Below are positions 1 through 27,615 of a stretch of DNA of 64,000 nucleotides, in pieces (the stretch's first letter is position 1; every line of letters begins with the position of its first letter). This stretch comes from the human T2T-CHM13v2.0 reference genome, Homo sapiens. Location of the stretch: NCBI RefSeq assembly GCF_009914755.1, contig NC_060926.1; one strand, 5' to 3'. The notes under the pieces were generated by a model. The model worked only from the letters and a program-made list of their open reading frames with translations. It was not told the origin of the DNA and did not search any database. Both the position numbers and the translations under genes were made by a program.

Positions 1-60
1 TCCACCCACCTTGGCCTCCCAAAGTGCTGGGATTACAGGCGTCACCCACCACGCCCAGCC
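1..60 (-). mobile_element. Alu 5' end (antisense), truncated by window edge
   Basis: ccttggcctcccaaagtgctgggattacaggcg...acgcccagcc is the reverse complement of the Alu left-arm start. Confidence 0.9.
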
Positions 61-309
61 AATCCTGTCTTTAAGCAATTATTTTATGATATATCTCAGT
101 TGTTCATTATCTTACTCTTTTTAGTATCCTCTGGATTATGCCTGCTTTATACACAGGTGTTCGATACATTTGGCTTCATCTGAATCAAGTGCAGAAAATG
201 ACACTACCAAGTAAATCCTTGAAGCAGAACCTCCTTAAAACTCTTATCAATCGGGCTGAGGCATGTGTTCACATCACAGAGACCCATTTGTCTAACTGTA
301 TTTTCACAG

Positions 310-446
310 GTGACATTGTGATTATACACGAGAAAAAAGAAGAAGGGTGGTGGTTTGGATCTTTGAATGGGAAAAAAGGCCATTTTCCTGCCGCTTATGT
401 GGAGGAGTTACCTTCAAATGCTGGCAACACAGCTACAAAGGCATAA
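310..446 (+). CDS. NOSTRIN: NOSTRIN terminal coding exon (C-terminal half of SH3 domain)
   Basis: Acceptor ttttcacag|G at 309/310; translation GDIVIIHEKKEEGWWFGSLNGKKGHFPAAYVEELPSNAGNTATKA* has SH3 motifs (WW, GxFPxxYV) and matches the NOSTRIN C-terminus; synteny with SPC25 and G6PC2. Confidence 0.95.
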
Positions 447-510
447 AACAAGACTCTGAACATACTACCTTCACACTCGGTAATCAACAATACAGTGTGG
501 TTCAAATAAG

Positions 511-516
511 AATAAA
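511..516 (+). terminator. NOSTRIN: AATAAA polyadenylation signal, proximal NOSTRIN 3' end
   Basis: AATAAA 65 nt after the stop, followed by U-rich sequence. Confidence 0.7.
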
Positions 517-960
517 GTGCTCTTACCTTTACATGTTTTTCTTTTGAAATGGATGGAGTTCTACCTGCATGTCACAGCACTTTGCATTCATGATTATTAG
601 CTTGAAACAGTCAGAAAAAAGATGGATGGGTGGAGACAGACAAGGAAGAGGCTCCTTGGTTCCTAGAGGAGTTTCCAAATTCTAGGAGACCCTAGAGATG
701 ATCCAGTATAACCCCTGGTGTCACAGAAACAGACGGAGTCCAAGGTGGGTTCAGCTGCTTGCCTGAAGTCAGAGTTATCTGGTAGACAACAGCAGTGGGA
801 CTTAGATGTCTTTTTCCTCTGGATTTGGGTGGCAACAGAACACAGCAGGCCTATGAGGGGGTCAAGCAGAGCCTGGGAGATGAGGAACACAGATCAATTC
901 CAAGAAGAGTGACAGGCAATCAAGACACCAATGAGATCAACCCAAATTAGGGGATGGTAG

Positions 961-6873
<5,913 letters not shown>

Positions 6874-7091
6874 GATCCAAAGAAAGGGTGGTAGACAAAG
6901 GTCTAGCTCCTAGGCTGAGGGCCTCAGGGCAGAATGCGGCTTCATCCTGAGTCAATGATCTTCTCAGGTAGTTGCTTCATATATACCCCCTTCCCAACAC
7001 CAGAGCTGCTCTTAGACTGAGGTCAAGTGTGAGCCAGAGATGGCTGGAGATATGAGAACAAGAGCAAAGCGGACAGGAAAGGGCTAGGAGG

Positions 7092-7166
7092 GATCGCACC
7101 AACACACTCCAGCCTGGGCGACAGAGCAAGCCTCTGTCTCAAAAAATAAAAAATAAATAAATAAAT
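7092..7166 (+). mobile_element. Alu 3' fragment with (TAAA)n tail
   Basis: cactccagcctgggcgacagagcaag...ctcaaaaaataaa. Confidence 0.85.
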
Positions 7167-8846
7167 GATAGTGGATTTCTAGTTTGAATCGAAAGTTCAG
7201 GAAACCAATCTTCACTATCAAAACGGAATATTTAGGGTGAAGAAAATTTATGGTACTTCCTCAAATGACCCATAATGGGCAAACGTTGGGAATGAGAGAG
7301 GCGAGGCCCTGAAACTACTTCCAAGGGGAACAGTTTAGAGTGGAGAGAAATGTTACAGCAGCTTCTTTCAGAAAATGATCTAAGTTGGCCTGGAGATCAC
7401 ACACTCCATTGATTGGAAGGTCATGGTCTTGATGAAAGTGCTGGGTATGTTTTTACTCTTGTGCCAAATAGGCTGTCCTTTAGAACTTCAATACAGGCAT
7501 TAAAGGAGTAATTAAAATCCATCCCATTACTCTCCTGCCCCGACCTCTTTTTAAAAAGAATTCATCAAATTTTATACTTTCAAGAAGAAATTTTTCAAAC
7601 TGAGGACTATATTTTGCAAGTCTGTACTATTACATTCCTATGGTGGGATATAAGTAACACAAAAGATATTTACATATAGATATTAAAGCTGAAGGAGCGC
7701 AAGTAAAATTTGTTATGTGAGACGTAACTTACAGCCCAGAACAGCTCAGAAGTTTTAATGCCATCCTTAATGGTGTCTTAATGAAGGCTTTCTGCAAGTA
7801 GAAAGTTGGCTGGATAATAGGCCATTAGACCATGAACAGAGATTTTAAATTTATATTTCCTTTTCATCTTCTTTCCATTAAGCCTTGATGGATAAAAAAT
7901 TATGTAGCAATTGACTGCAGCCTACATCAGACCATTTTCTGTGGAGAAAATCATGATAATGGTAGTTGGACCCTAAAACTGTTTGAAAGTTATTTTCATA
8001 GAAAGAGATCTTTTTTTTCTTCATAAATCAGTTGTGTTTTATGAAAACATAAATGGTTCCCCTGTTTTGGAATGCTGCTGCAAATTCTTTTTGCATCTGA
8101 CGTATAACTTTTAAGCTTCAAAGAAATACTATAAACTAGATGAAATAAAATATAATTGGATATAGCGGATTTGTTTAGTATCTTTTTAGTAGGGCAAGAA
8201 CTTTCTGATTAGATAGATGGGGATGATACTCCAGAAAGATTTAGTGCATATTGTGATGAACATTAATTATGGGCTGAATTCTCCTATATAGAATAACTTT
8301 AATGTTAGTGCTTTAAAACTATTAAATGGACTTTCATAATTATACTCCAATAAGTTTTGTATGTCAGGAAGTTTTTAGTACCATTACCAACCTGAAATAT
8401 AGGCCATAGAGGCTGATATTGAGCACACTGATGTTACTCTATTTTATCTCCTTTCTAGTAGAGGAAAAGCTGACATATCCATCATGCTATCAACCAGAGA
8501 GATTTGCTAATTTCATTTTTTTGCATTTTCACTTACCCATAATAATTAATATGCCTAATGACAAAAGGCATTTTAATCACTTAAAGTGCCTTATGATTCA
8601 TCAAAAATGTAATATTCTGTTTGGGATAAATGTTATTGTATAGTATTATAAAACTTTAACTCATCAGTAATTTGAGCGCAGTTTAATTTTGTTCTCCCCC
8701 AAGATAAAACCCCTCCCCTCCCAAAGCCTTGATGGCCTTGAGGGGTAATCAGCCTGGCTGGGAGAAAGAGAAGTGGGTTAAATCAAATGGCAGCACACCC
8801 TAGTTTCCTCTGCAATCTCATATAGGAAGATGAGCTTGGGGTTGCG

Positions 8847-8898
8847 GGGCATGAAAAGGTGGGACTCAGACTGGGCATGAGAAGGTGGGACTCAGACT
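8847..8898. repeat. 26-bp tandem duplication
   Basis: gggcatga(a/g)aaggtgggactcagact x2. Confidence 0.9.
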
Positions 8899-9556
8899 TG
8901 GATCAAAGAGTGGGGACACAGCAGAGAAGAGCAGAAACCTTTTGCAGAGAGAAAGGAGCTTACCTGGATAGAGCTGAAGATGATGGATGAGGGGAATGTC
9001 AAAGGTCCCCGGATGCTGTGATCCAGCATGGAGGATCTGGATCCCTGGACTTTCTGCTGAGCAGCAATGGAGACAGGATTGAGAAAACCAGTGAGCTAGA
9101 GAATCCAGGTTGTATTTATGCAGATAGAAGGTCAGTTCCAGGAAACTAAGGGGAAGTATGGGTGTTTGAGATCAGGGAAATCCTGCTGAAGGGGCAGAGC
9201 CCTAGGGATACTAACTGGGTCAGGGGGTCAGAGGAATAGGAGGAAAGTAGCTTTGCTCTGAGGTTGGAGTAAATGGACCTACAGAGAATTAGGGTGAAAA
9301 CCTCTTTCTCAAAGAAACTATGGAATTGGAGAAGCAGACCTAGGAGGGGAAGCAAACTGAACTGGTTGGAGACAAACTTTTGTTTTAAAGCTCAGGACTA
9401 ACGGAGGGCTCTGGCTCAACAAAGGGAATCATACCAAGGAGCACCTAGAAGCGTGCCACGTATATGGGGAAATTGAGTTTTCCTCACACAGGGCAAATGG
9501 GAATTGCTTTCTTCAGTGATTCTTCCAGTGTGGTGTCTGGACCAGCACACTCCTCA

Positions 9557-9949
<393 letters not shown>

Positions 9950-10655
9950 CTAGGTCTAAGGACAATGAGTCCTTTTTCTCAAAACAGCCCTCAGTGTCTA
10001 TTCTTGTAAGGAAGGCAGAGCAGTAAATAAATACAAGACACCATGATAAACGCTGTAATAGGAGCATGCCAAGAGGTAATGAGGACATTTAGGAGTGAGA
10101 GCTTTCAATCAGGATCGAGGAGATCAGGGAAAGTCCGAGCTGCATGGGAGTTAAGCAAGTGAGATGGGTTGGGTAAGTGCTAAAGGCAGATGAGAAAAAG
10201 GCACTGCACCTAAGCATTGGAAAGTACACGTTTGTAACAACCGACCAGGCACCAGTCCACAAAGTATCTGGAAGTTATCTGACCATAATATAATGTAGAA
10301 ATCATTAAGAAAACGGTAATTGAAAAAAACCTTGTGCATTTGGAGAACGCGTATGTGTGCTCACACCCATATATGCACATGCATTTATGCACATACACAC
10401 GTACTTCTAAATAATCCATGGTCCAAGAAGAAATCTTAATGGAAATTACAAAATGTTAGAAATAAAAAATGAAAAAGATACTATTTATCAAAACCTGTAG
10501 TTTCGGGAAAGCAGCTATAAAAAAGTCCTACAAGGAAAGAAGAAATGCTAAAATTAATAAACTAAGCATCCTAATTACAACTTTATCAAAATAACAGCAG
10601 AATCAACCCAAAGTAAAGAACATATAAAAAAAAAAAAAGGAAGAAGAAAGAAATG

Positions 10656-11003
<348 letters not shown>

Positions 11004-11095
11004 CTATCCATTGGTTCTTTGAAACGATTAATAAAATGAGCAAATCTTGGTGAGGATGAAAAAAAGGTATGAATAAACATTATAAGAAAAAGGTA

Positions 11096-11228
11096 GGCTG
11101 AGTGCGGTGGCTCATGCCTGTAATTCCAGCACTTTGGGAGGCCAAGGCTGGCAGATCACTTGAGCCCAGGAGTTTGAGACCAGCCTGGACAACACAGGGA
11201 GACCCTGCCTCTTAAAAAAAAAAAAAAA
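11096..11228 (+). mobile_element. FLAM / Alu left monomer
   Basis: Single arm followed by polyA. Confidence 0.85.
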
Positions 11229-12415
11229 TTAAGTAGATGCTATGGATGTAGCAGATATCTAAAAGATAAAATTATATACTATGAATTCTTTACACCAATT
11301 AATTTGAAAGCAAGAAAAAGAGACAAATTTCTCAAAAAATATGAATGATCAAAACAGAAGAAATACAATAACTGAATGATTTAATAACTGTTAAAGAAAT
11401 ATAATGAGTACCTTTAAAAACTCTTCCTACAAAAAAATCCCCAGAAGACCAGATAGTTTTATAAGTGAGTTCAAAAACAATAATCTTATTCAAACTTTTT
11501 CAGGAAATAGAAAAATATACATGGGAATATTATAACCCAATCTTACTCATGACTATAGATGTAAAAATTCCAAACAAAATATTCATAAACTGATGCCAAC
11601 ACTGTGTTAAAAAAAAAGACTGCACATGACTAAACTGGATTTATTCCAAGAAAGCAAAGTTAATTCAATATTTTTTTTCAAAAGCCTGTTAATGTAAATC
11701 ACATTAATAGGTTAAAGATAAAAATTTATATAGGTACAGAAAAACATAAAATTCAACAAATATTCATGATAATTACTTTTAGTTAATTGGGAATAAAAGA
11801 AAATCTTCCTCATTTCCCCCAAGTCTGGGAAACCACACATAGTAGAGTATGGCCAGATGAGAAAAGTGACCCTCAAAAAAGGTAACTAACTTGCACAAGG
11901 TCATGTATCAGTTTCAGTAGTAGAGCAAAGACTGGCCTGCATCTTAATTCTCAACTTTTTTCCCCCACAATACCATGTTGGTGCCAGAATATAGAGCTTT
12001 TTGGAAAACAAGTTAAAATATTCAAGATTTGCCATTATATAGATAACATTTATTTGAATCTCAAACATTGCCTGTTTCCAAAATTCTCATAAACATTAAG
12101 TCGAGTAAAATAACTTCTCCCTTGAAGTTTTTCCATTTGCTAGACCTTATCCTCAGCTGCTACTTCCAGCTTGCCTAGTTGCTAAGGAAAAAGGAAAATG
12201 TGTGTCTAAACTTGAAACATTCTTCACACAATATCATACACTTTTCATATTTCACACCACAATATATTAACAATACCAAGAAAGGGCTGATTTTATATAG
12301 CATATAGATCCTCCTGTTAACTGATAGACTCTTTTTCTATTTAGATGAAACTCTTATCTTTATTCAGAAAGGAACTTGTTCTCTGTCAGCATGTTACTGA
12401 GTCAAGAATTGCTCA

Positions 12416-12633
<218 letters not shown>

Positions 12634-13404
12634 TAGCAAAGCCATCTTTAACTTCCAAAAATATTCAAACACCTTAGCAACATGCCTGCAGATATTGTTG
12701 AACAAGCCACCTGTTTTTCAAAGTGCAATTTTGATTCCCCATCAAATAATTTTCTGTTGAGTCTTGATAATGTGTTCAACATTAATAAGTATTTATTAAG
12801 CTTCTTCTATGTCCCAGACACTGCTAGGTGAGAGAGCTAAATGTCGCCATGGTACACAAATTGAAACGTAACTAATTATGTCTGTACAGGATTTTCAGAA
12901 TTGAAAAAATAACCAACACTAATTCTCATTAGCTTGGAAATTGAAACTTTAGATCTATTAGTAGAACACTGTAGTAGATTTTGTGCTGATTCTTTTTTTT
13001 AACTTAATTTGTTATCGAGTTTAATTTTAGAGACCTGTACCATTTTATTACAAAATGTGGAATAGATGAGTGACCCCATTTGGATTCCATTTCAATCAGT
13101 GTTACTTATATTTGTGCCTATATTTTCCCACTTAAGAAAATATCTTATCTGTGTATCTTGTGCTTTATTTCCACATTAGGAAGATTTTAAATGTTTAAAA
13201 TTATTACATTTTTATGACACATCATCTTAAACATAATGCATAAAAAAGCAAATATACTAAGATAGCTGTTTGCCTTTTATATGTATTATTAATCAGCTCA
13301 AGTGTAATTTTCATAATGCATCAACTTTAAAATGTAAGTTAATATATTAGTATCAGCTCCAAAATATCCCTAGGTGGGTATATAGTAAACTTCAAAACTT
13401 AAGT

Positions 13405-13659
13405 TTTGCTTTTGTTTTGCTTTAAAGAGACAGGGTCTTTCTCTGTCACCTAGGCTGGAGCTCACTGCTGAGCTCAAGCGATCCTTCCACCTCTATCTTG
13501 CAAGTAGTTGGGACTATAGGCAGGTAACACCATGCCCAGCTAATTAAATTCTTTTTAGAGATGGGGTCTGGCTTTGTTGCCCAGGCCAGTCTTGAACTCC
13601 TGGCCTCCTCAGTCTTCCAAAGTGCTAGGATTACAGGCATTAAGTCACCGTGCTCGGCC
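13405..13659 (-). mobile_element. AluJ, partially deleted
   Basis: gagacagggtct...gctcaagcgatcc...aaagtgctaggattacagg. Confidence 0.85.
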
Positions 13660-14094
13660 TAAGGCCTTTATATTTGCTTGAACAGATTAAAAACTTATGC
13701 ACAAGTTAATAGCCCTCTCACACACCATTCCAAAAAGACCTGGGTTGATGACTGCAGTCTGCATCCCTAGTGACTGTTCTCAATGAGCCACTGGGATTCT
13801 AAACACCTCATACTCTGCTCACTGTTTCCCTGAGAGCTGCAGCTCTTTTGCCACTTTAGTGAGGCTATTTCCTAAGGATCCAGACAAAGCATAGTCCTCC
13901 TCTGCTTTCAAGACAATTTTGTTTTTTTTCTTAATCATACTTCTACAGAAACAACAAAACTCAAATTATATTATACAAGTTCAAATTTGTTTAGAATCTT
14001 TAAGAACTTTGTTTTTGCATACTTTCCCTGTAATAGAGTATAGAAAGGCAATAAGGCATCATCTAGATCTAGGTGAAACTCATGGATTCAGTTG

Positions 14095-14320
14095 CCAGCT
14101 TGTCATCTGGGTTTGAATGTCAGCTCTAACACTCACCAGCAGTGACATGAAGTCATTTAAACTCTGTACATTGTATTCCTTCTCTGTAGAACAAAAATAT
14201 CAATAGTATCTACCTCACAGGTTGTTGTGAGAATGTAAATGAGTAGATGGAGGTAAAGGGCTTAGAACAGTGCTGGGCATGGAGGAAGTGCTTAAAAAAA
14301 AAAAAGTATTAACCATTATT
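14095..14320 (+). mobile_element. MIR
   Basis: ctgggtttgaat...tctacctcacagggttgttgtgagaat...gcttagaacagtgctgggca MIR core. Confidence 0.75.
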
Positions 14321-14465
14321 TTAAGATGGCCAGCTCACCAGGCTTGTCAGAATAATCCCCAATCTTGGAATGAATAAACTTCCCTGTTGAGAAAACAAAT
14401 CAGTCTAATGTTCTATGGCCCAAGGCCCTCTATTTATAAAAATGTATTTTTCTTTGTACATTTGA

Positions 14466-14785
<320 letters not shown>

Positions 14786-15855
14786 TCGTTCCTATGTTAT
14801 ACTCTTGTGAATTTCCTGCTATGGAATCTCATTCTCAGATCTTGACCCCATTCCACCCGCCAGTTATAAGTGAAGAATGGCTGTTCTTTGAGGAAAAATG
14901 GACCCTAAGTGGGGATCTACCCATTTCTTCTCTCATCCCCAATTCTCATTTCTCCAACTTGCAGGTGAAAGAGATCCTTCAGAATTTCTTCTTGCTTAGG
15001 CAAGCTGGCTCAATGCCTAGTGCCTTCTTACTGTGTCGTTTAAAACATTATGTCATTGAGTTTGCAGTATGAGATATGGCCTTTCTTTAGTCTTCTTTGA
15101 GACAACGCCGTCCCTCAAGTTTTGTTATATTTGTTCACTGTAGATATATTTCAAGTGGAGAAATTCAGTCAACACATACTCACTGTAGGTAGTCATCTAA
15201 TGTTTTTAATGCCAAACATCTAAGCTGTCTTTCCCTTCGTAGAACTATAACATCCCACTCTTAGCCCAATTATTGAGGTTAATCTGCCCTTATAGCTGGG
15301 TTTCAGGGGGAATCTAGTATAACCCAATGCATGTATTTTAGCTCCTTGATCACCTGTACTAACTTACAGGAACCGGATGAGTTTGAAATTGCTGTGGTCT
15401 ACCACGTAGAGCCTCAATCCAGAAGAAACAGATCCTGCTGATAGAATTTGAGCTCCAAATCAAGCTAGGTTCACAAAAACCGATGTTAGGTTTTGATATG
15501 GTTTTTTGTGTTCATTTAAATACGTATATCAAAAATAAGGCGAAATGTGAAAGTCTGCCTAGGAAAAACTGGAGTTTGCTTATTGTACTCTCTCTGTTAA
15601 AATACTCCCTTCAGACAAGCCCATGCTGAAATAGGATAGGTCTACTGCTAGTAGCACCCATTTCAATCACCAGGGCAGTTTATTACCCTTTTATCTCTAC
15701 AGAGAAAATACCAATCAATGGTCCCTAAAAGCTGGTCTACACACTGGCATGTGTCAGTGATAACATCTCCACCAGGCCATAGCATTCTTCTCAAATAAGT
15801 TCTACTACTATATGCCAATGAGCAAAGCCTTAAGCTAAGTCCTAGGTATGAGCAG

Positions 15856-16457
15856 TGTTAGGGCTTAGAACATGATACCCCAAAGTATGGTGCTTTAGCA
15901 TGCTGAGTACTTTAAACTAAGAGAGATTAGAAGGCCTCAGAAGCAGCCTCAGAACCAAGGTCTCTGATCTTTTCCTGCCTTCCTGCTTCTGGCTCCCCTC
16001 TTCTCCAAAGTAAGCTGTAAAACCTAGAAATATTATTCCAACCTTCCCCACCCTCTCTATATCGTAAGACCCTCCTTCAGTAAGGGTCCTGCCCCATGCC
16101 CAGGAAGAAGGAAAGCTACACAGAAAGACCAAGAAAGACCTGAACAGACAGGCCTTGCGGGTTTCTTCAGTTTATTACCACTACATCGCACCTGTTTGTC
16201 CAATCACCTTTCTACATGGCTGTACATTCTTCCATTCTTTGTCAAACATAAGAATAAAAACAGACAGTTTTACCTGCATATTTGAGTCTTCATTTCTGAA
16301 GGCTGCCATGTCACATAAAACTTGGATTAAATAAATTTGTTGTGTTTTTCTCTTGTTAACCAGTGTTTTGCTATAGGAGTGTTGGCTATGACCCTTAGGT
16401 CATATGTGACCTTAGCCAATGTGATAAGGAAAGGTATCACATTTTTCTGCCTCTACG
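15856..16457 (+). mobile_element. ERV1 (MER4-group; MER39/MER34/LTR49-like) solo LTR
   Basis: Starts TGTT, contains gataccccaaagtatgg, aggcctcagaagcagcctcagaa and internal AATAAA; 4-bp TSD GCAG at 15852-15855 and 16458-16461. Confidence 0.75.
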
Positions 16458-17256
16458 GCAGCCACTGAGAGAGGCTGCTCTAAAACTCCCTTCCTACTCT
16501 CACTAACCAGGCAAGAAGTGTGAATTTTCCCCCAGATTATTCAGGGAGAAGGCAGGAGAAGCAACTGAAGGCAAGGAAGCCGTTGTTCTATGGCTTTTAG
16601 GTGTGCTCAAGATATACTGAAACAGTATTATGTAGCTTTCACTACAGCTAGCATACTTAAATGCCATCAAATTTACACAGAAAAGATGACGACAAAAAAA
16701 AAAAAGTCCTAGAAAAAGTTGACATTTGACCTCTAGTCTGTGGTGAACAGACTCCCAAGATGACAAACTTATATCCGGACCACAATTAAACGGTAAACAT
16801 CACAAAGTGGAAACTGTTTAATAAATTTCTACATTTAGATTTTCAAAAATATATCCTAGCAAAATGCTGCCAACTTTCTTCTGATGTGAAGGACTGTCCT
16901 TTATTCTAATTATAGATCTCTCTTGGTGTAAGGTAAAAATATTTACTTTTTTGACATTAGGTTGATAGTAAGATAGTAGAGTTTATTTTGCCCAGTACAT
17001 ATTAAAAACTGTCAACCTTAGGTTGGGCCCGTCCTTTTAATTTTTTAATATTAAGAGTCCATATTAAGTGGTCCAAAAGCTTGGAGACCACTGAAACACA
17101 GTGCAGGTTGAACAAATTTCCATTCCCAGTGCCCGCCGTAAGTTAGTCATGCCTGACATTTACAGAAAAAAAAAAAAAGTAATAAACTAATTATCTTTCA
17201 TTAATTAAAAGAACATATTTTACTTTATATGTTTCCCTAAGATTTTAATTAAAATA

Positions 17257-17591
17257 CAGTAGTTCTCCCTTACCTGTGGGGGACGTTACAAGACCCCCAG
17301 TAGATGTCTGAAACCTTAGATAGTGCTAAATCCGACAGACTATTTTTTCCCCATATATAAATATCTATGATAAAACTTTATTTACAAATTAGGCACAGTA
17401 AGAGATTAACAACAATAAATAATAGAATAGAATAATTATAACATACGGTAATAAAAGTTATGTATATGAAATGTTTCTTTCTCTCAAAATATCTTGTCCT
17501 GCAGTCTACTCATTTAATATTTTTGGATCACAGTTGACTGTGGGTAACTGAAACTGGAGAAAGCAAAACTGCAGATAAGGATGGACTACTG
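17257..17591 (-). mobile_element. MER44-like Tigger MITE
   Basis: Terminal inverted repeats cagtagt...ccctta / taagg...actactg, preceded by TA. Confidence 0.75.
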
Positions 17592-17681
17592 TGATTCAAA
17601 GAAGTATGCCACACAGAATGTTACAAAAATACCAAAGAACTACAGGCAGACAGCGGATGAGAATTCTTTTAAAAAGAGATA

Positions 17682-23835
<6,154 letters not shown>

Positions 23836-23894
23836 AAAAAGAGATATGTAATAGAGAAGAAAAATAAACCGTTTTTATATACACTATTTGTATG

Positions 23895-24019
23895 TTAATT
23901 ATAAACCGTGGCAGTAAAAGCTTTCCGAACATTGGCAAGAAAAGCTGAAAAATTGTTGGTCTTCCTTACATTCTCTTGAAATTCTGCTAGGCCCTCAAGA
24001 TGAGGGGCACTATCTGACA
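23895..24019 (-). CDS. SPC25: SPC25 exon 7 coding part ([10 protein letters not shown]...ATVYN*)
   Basis: AG acceptor at 24020-24021 after a poly-T tract; TAA at 23895-23897; matches the SPC25 C-terminus. Confidence 0.97.
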
Positions 24020-24444
24020 CTAGAAAAAAAAAAAGAAATCAAAGACAATTAGAATGAGTTTTTTTATGGCACAGAAGTATTTCTAATCTAGATGCTCTCA
24101 TCTGGTTTGAATGTCAATTCCATCTTAATGAAATTCTTTGAGCAAAAAAGGATACACTTGATTTTCCTATGCCAAATATCTTTTGGACCTTTCCTTCGTT
24201 TAATCTCTAAATATTCAAATCTTAAGTACTATAATCTTGCTTTAAATTTAAACAGATGGCACTGAAGGATCGAAGAGTTTAGTGACACAGAATGACCCTG
24301 CCCATCATCTTAAACTTATATATTTTGTTTTAACTATTTAAACTTTTTTTAAAAACTGTTAAGTCATTTTTATCTGCAACACTTTGGTCTGACTGACTTT
24401 TCATTTCTGACCACTGGAATTAAAAAAAAAAAAAGGAACAATTT

Positions 24445-24761
<317 letters not shown>

Positions 24762-26047
24762 TAATAACTTACAATTATGAAAGAAATATCTAGAATTTTC
24801 CAAGTGAAATGGCAGGCATTAGAAAATGTGGTTGCTATTCCAAGAGTGGTATTTACAGGGGCTATTAATCAAATGAGACTCAAAGTCACGAATAACAGTA
24901 TTGTCCTTGTATGTAGTTGTACCAGCTGGTACACTGGGACAAGTCTCCAGTGAAGGTGGTCAAAGGAAAAGAAATTCACCCATTATCAGATTTCCAGCTC
25001 TCTTGTACAGATTGCTTAGGAAACAAGGTCCATGACCACAGCAGAGAAACAACAGCAAAGGGCATCTGGTCCAAAATGTATCCTGTATATTCTATTTTAA
25101 TATACTATCATGTACTATCAGATTATACCATAAGAGAATATCCAATTTAGAGAAAATTGAAAAGCTAAATAAGAGGTTTTTGGGGCTTGCTTTTTAAAAT
25201 CTAGCACTAATTAGATTGGAAGATATTTATCTAGAGAGAAAAAAACCCAAACATCTGTATAAGAAATCAGATTCTCAAAATATAAATTCCCCAGAAATAG
25301 GAACTGAGTCACCAGGGCACAGCGCTGTGCCAGCTCAGCAGTTCACCTGAGTGTCTGTCAGCTACAAAGGCTTTAAGATGATAGCATAGGTGTAATGAGC
25401 TGAGAACCATTTTTATGAATTCCAATAAATTAAGGATTACTTGTACAGGGGCATTAGAAGAATAAACAAGAGATAAATATATTTCTATTCTCTTCTTGTT
25501 CACATTATTATCAATGATATATATTCCTTATAAATCAAAGGCCTTTTGGCCAGCTGCAGAATCAGTAACTAACCTTTATTATCAATGTGTGAGATTTGCA
25601 GGATTTGTATTTCAAAAATTATTTTTGGGAAAATAAATTGTTAAATTCTGGTGACTTTACATTTGATTTTAAAATCATCTACTTGGATAAATTCTAATAT
25701 TCACATTTAAGCAGCCATTTTCTTTAAAGCTTCACCTTTTAAAAAAGTTATCTAAAAGGACAATTCATATTTGCACATAAATGCAATGATCTTTGTTTTT
25801 ATATTGTTCAGACACTGTGGCACTGTGCCATCCTGAAGAGATGCTACTTATTAAGGATCTTAGACAGTATCTATAAATCAAGACTATATTCACTTCCTTT
25901 AGAAGACTATACTCCAAGAAGCAAGACTGAAAAAGGAAGCAATAGAGTCTGGAGCTATTACTTTCCTCCATATTACTTTATATGCTGATTGAAATAACAT
26001 TTTGGAACGCCAATCTTAAATACCAGTTAGGAGATATTAGTACATAC

Positions 26048-26146
26048 CTTCATAGTCCCTTGCTTCATTGAGATGTAAGGAAAACATAAATGGGCTCTCA
26101 GGATTCTTAGGGTCAATATTAGTGAAAATAAACTGCAATTTCTCAC
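26048..26146 (-). CDS. SPC25: SPC25 exon 6 (99 nt; [32 protein letters not shown])
   Basis: AG/GT boundaries; in-frame RWD-domain sequence. Confidence 0.97.
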
Positions 26147-26309
26147 CTGAAAAGAGATTAAACTATTTAGTGTGTCAAAGCTTTCAATGGAGATACCCTT
26201 TCTTACTCCATCTTTGATCAATATCTGCACTGCTAAGTATATACAGTCATGTAACCAACATTTCCAAATGCAGAAGTTACAAATTCGTTTTAAAATGTAT
26301 TATAGTTTC

Positions 26310-27015
26310 AATATGACATCAAAAATACAGTCAACAAAAGAAAAACTAGATAAATTGGACTTTGTTAAAATTAAAAACTTTTGTCCTTCAAAGAACACTA
26401 TCAAGAGAAGGAAAAGACAACCTAAAGAATGGGAGAAAATATTTGCAATCATTTATCTGATAAAGGTTGAATACATAGAATGTATTTAGAACTCCTGCAA
26501 CTAAAAACCACCCAATTCAATAATGGGCAAAAAATCTGAAAGGACATTTCTCCAAAGAATATATAAAAATGGCCATTAAGTCCACAAAAAGATGCCCAAC
26601 ATCATTAGTCATTATGTAAATGCAAGCCGAAACTACAATGAGATACCATTTCATACCCAGTAGGATGGCAAATAAATAAATGGAAAATAACAGTGTTGGT
26701 GAGGATGTGGAGAAACTGGAACCCTAGCACATTGCTGGTAGAAATGTAAAATGGTACAGCCACTGTGAAAAACAGTTTGGCAGATCCTCAAAAAGTTTAA
26801 ATACAGAATTACAATATGACCCAGAAATTCCACTCCTAAGTATAGAGCTGAAAGAATTGAAAACGGAGACTCAAGTAGATAACTGTATGCCAATATTCAT
26901 AGCAGCATTATTCATAGTAGCCAAAAAGTGGAAATAACCCAGTGCCCACCAACAGATGAATGGATATAGTACACACATACAATGGAACATTGTTCAGCCA
27001 TAAAATGGAATGAAC
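26310..27015 (+). mobile_element. L1M (L1MA/MB-type) ORF2 3' fragment
   Basis: Translation KLDFVKIKNFC...KRQPKEWEKIFA; gagataccatttcatacc, atggaacattgttcagccataaaa. Confidence 0.8.
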
Positions 27016-27019
27016 TTGG

Positions 27020-27465
27020 CTGCTGTGGTCTTTTTTATGATTCACTAGGAGAACTCATAGGATTCACTCAGCAGCATATGGCCATACTCAGGGCTATGAT
27101 TTATTACAGCAAAAGGATATAGCGAAATCAGCAAAGGGAAAAGGTACATGGAGTAAAGTCCAAGGAGAACCAGGCATAAGCGTCCAGAACCTCTAATGAG
27201 CTTCCTGGTAGACAACACTTCACGTGTGTTGTCACAATTTGATGCTGAAGGAATTAGCACATCCTGTTTGACTCTACTGGGTTAGGACTCTTGAAAGCTT
27301 GTGCCAGGTTTCCTGTAGACTTTGCCCCACGTGCTATTGTTTCTTTGCTGATTCTGTTCTGTATCCTTTTGCTGCAGTAAATCTTAGCTATGAATATGAC
27401 TATATGCTAATTCCTTCTAGTGAATCACCAAACCTGAGAGTGATCTTGGGAAGCCCAGACACAAC
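27020..27465 (+). mobile_element. MER21-like LTR, partial
   Basis: ggctatgatttattacagcaaaaggat...aaatcagcaaagggaaaagg and tgtatccttttgctgcagtaaatcttagc motifs. Confidence 0.6.
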
Positions 27466-27615
27466 AGACATTGCCATACATTAGCGATGTACATGTGATA
27501 TACATGCAACAGGCATCAAAATATTCATGTGTTTTAGCCTACTAATTCCTCTCTGGGAAACAATTCTATGAAAAACCATGCAAAGAAAATGGGAAAGTCT
27601 ATGCTCACTGGTTTA

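Noticed and set aside
138-309. 5' part of the 102-aa ORF
   Set aside because: Intronic open frame upstream of the true acceptor at 309/310
14794-15072. 92-aa ORF with an internal acceptor-like site in the 17-kb segment
   Set aside because: No known protein match and no convincing exon chain
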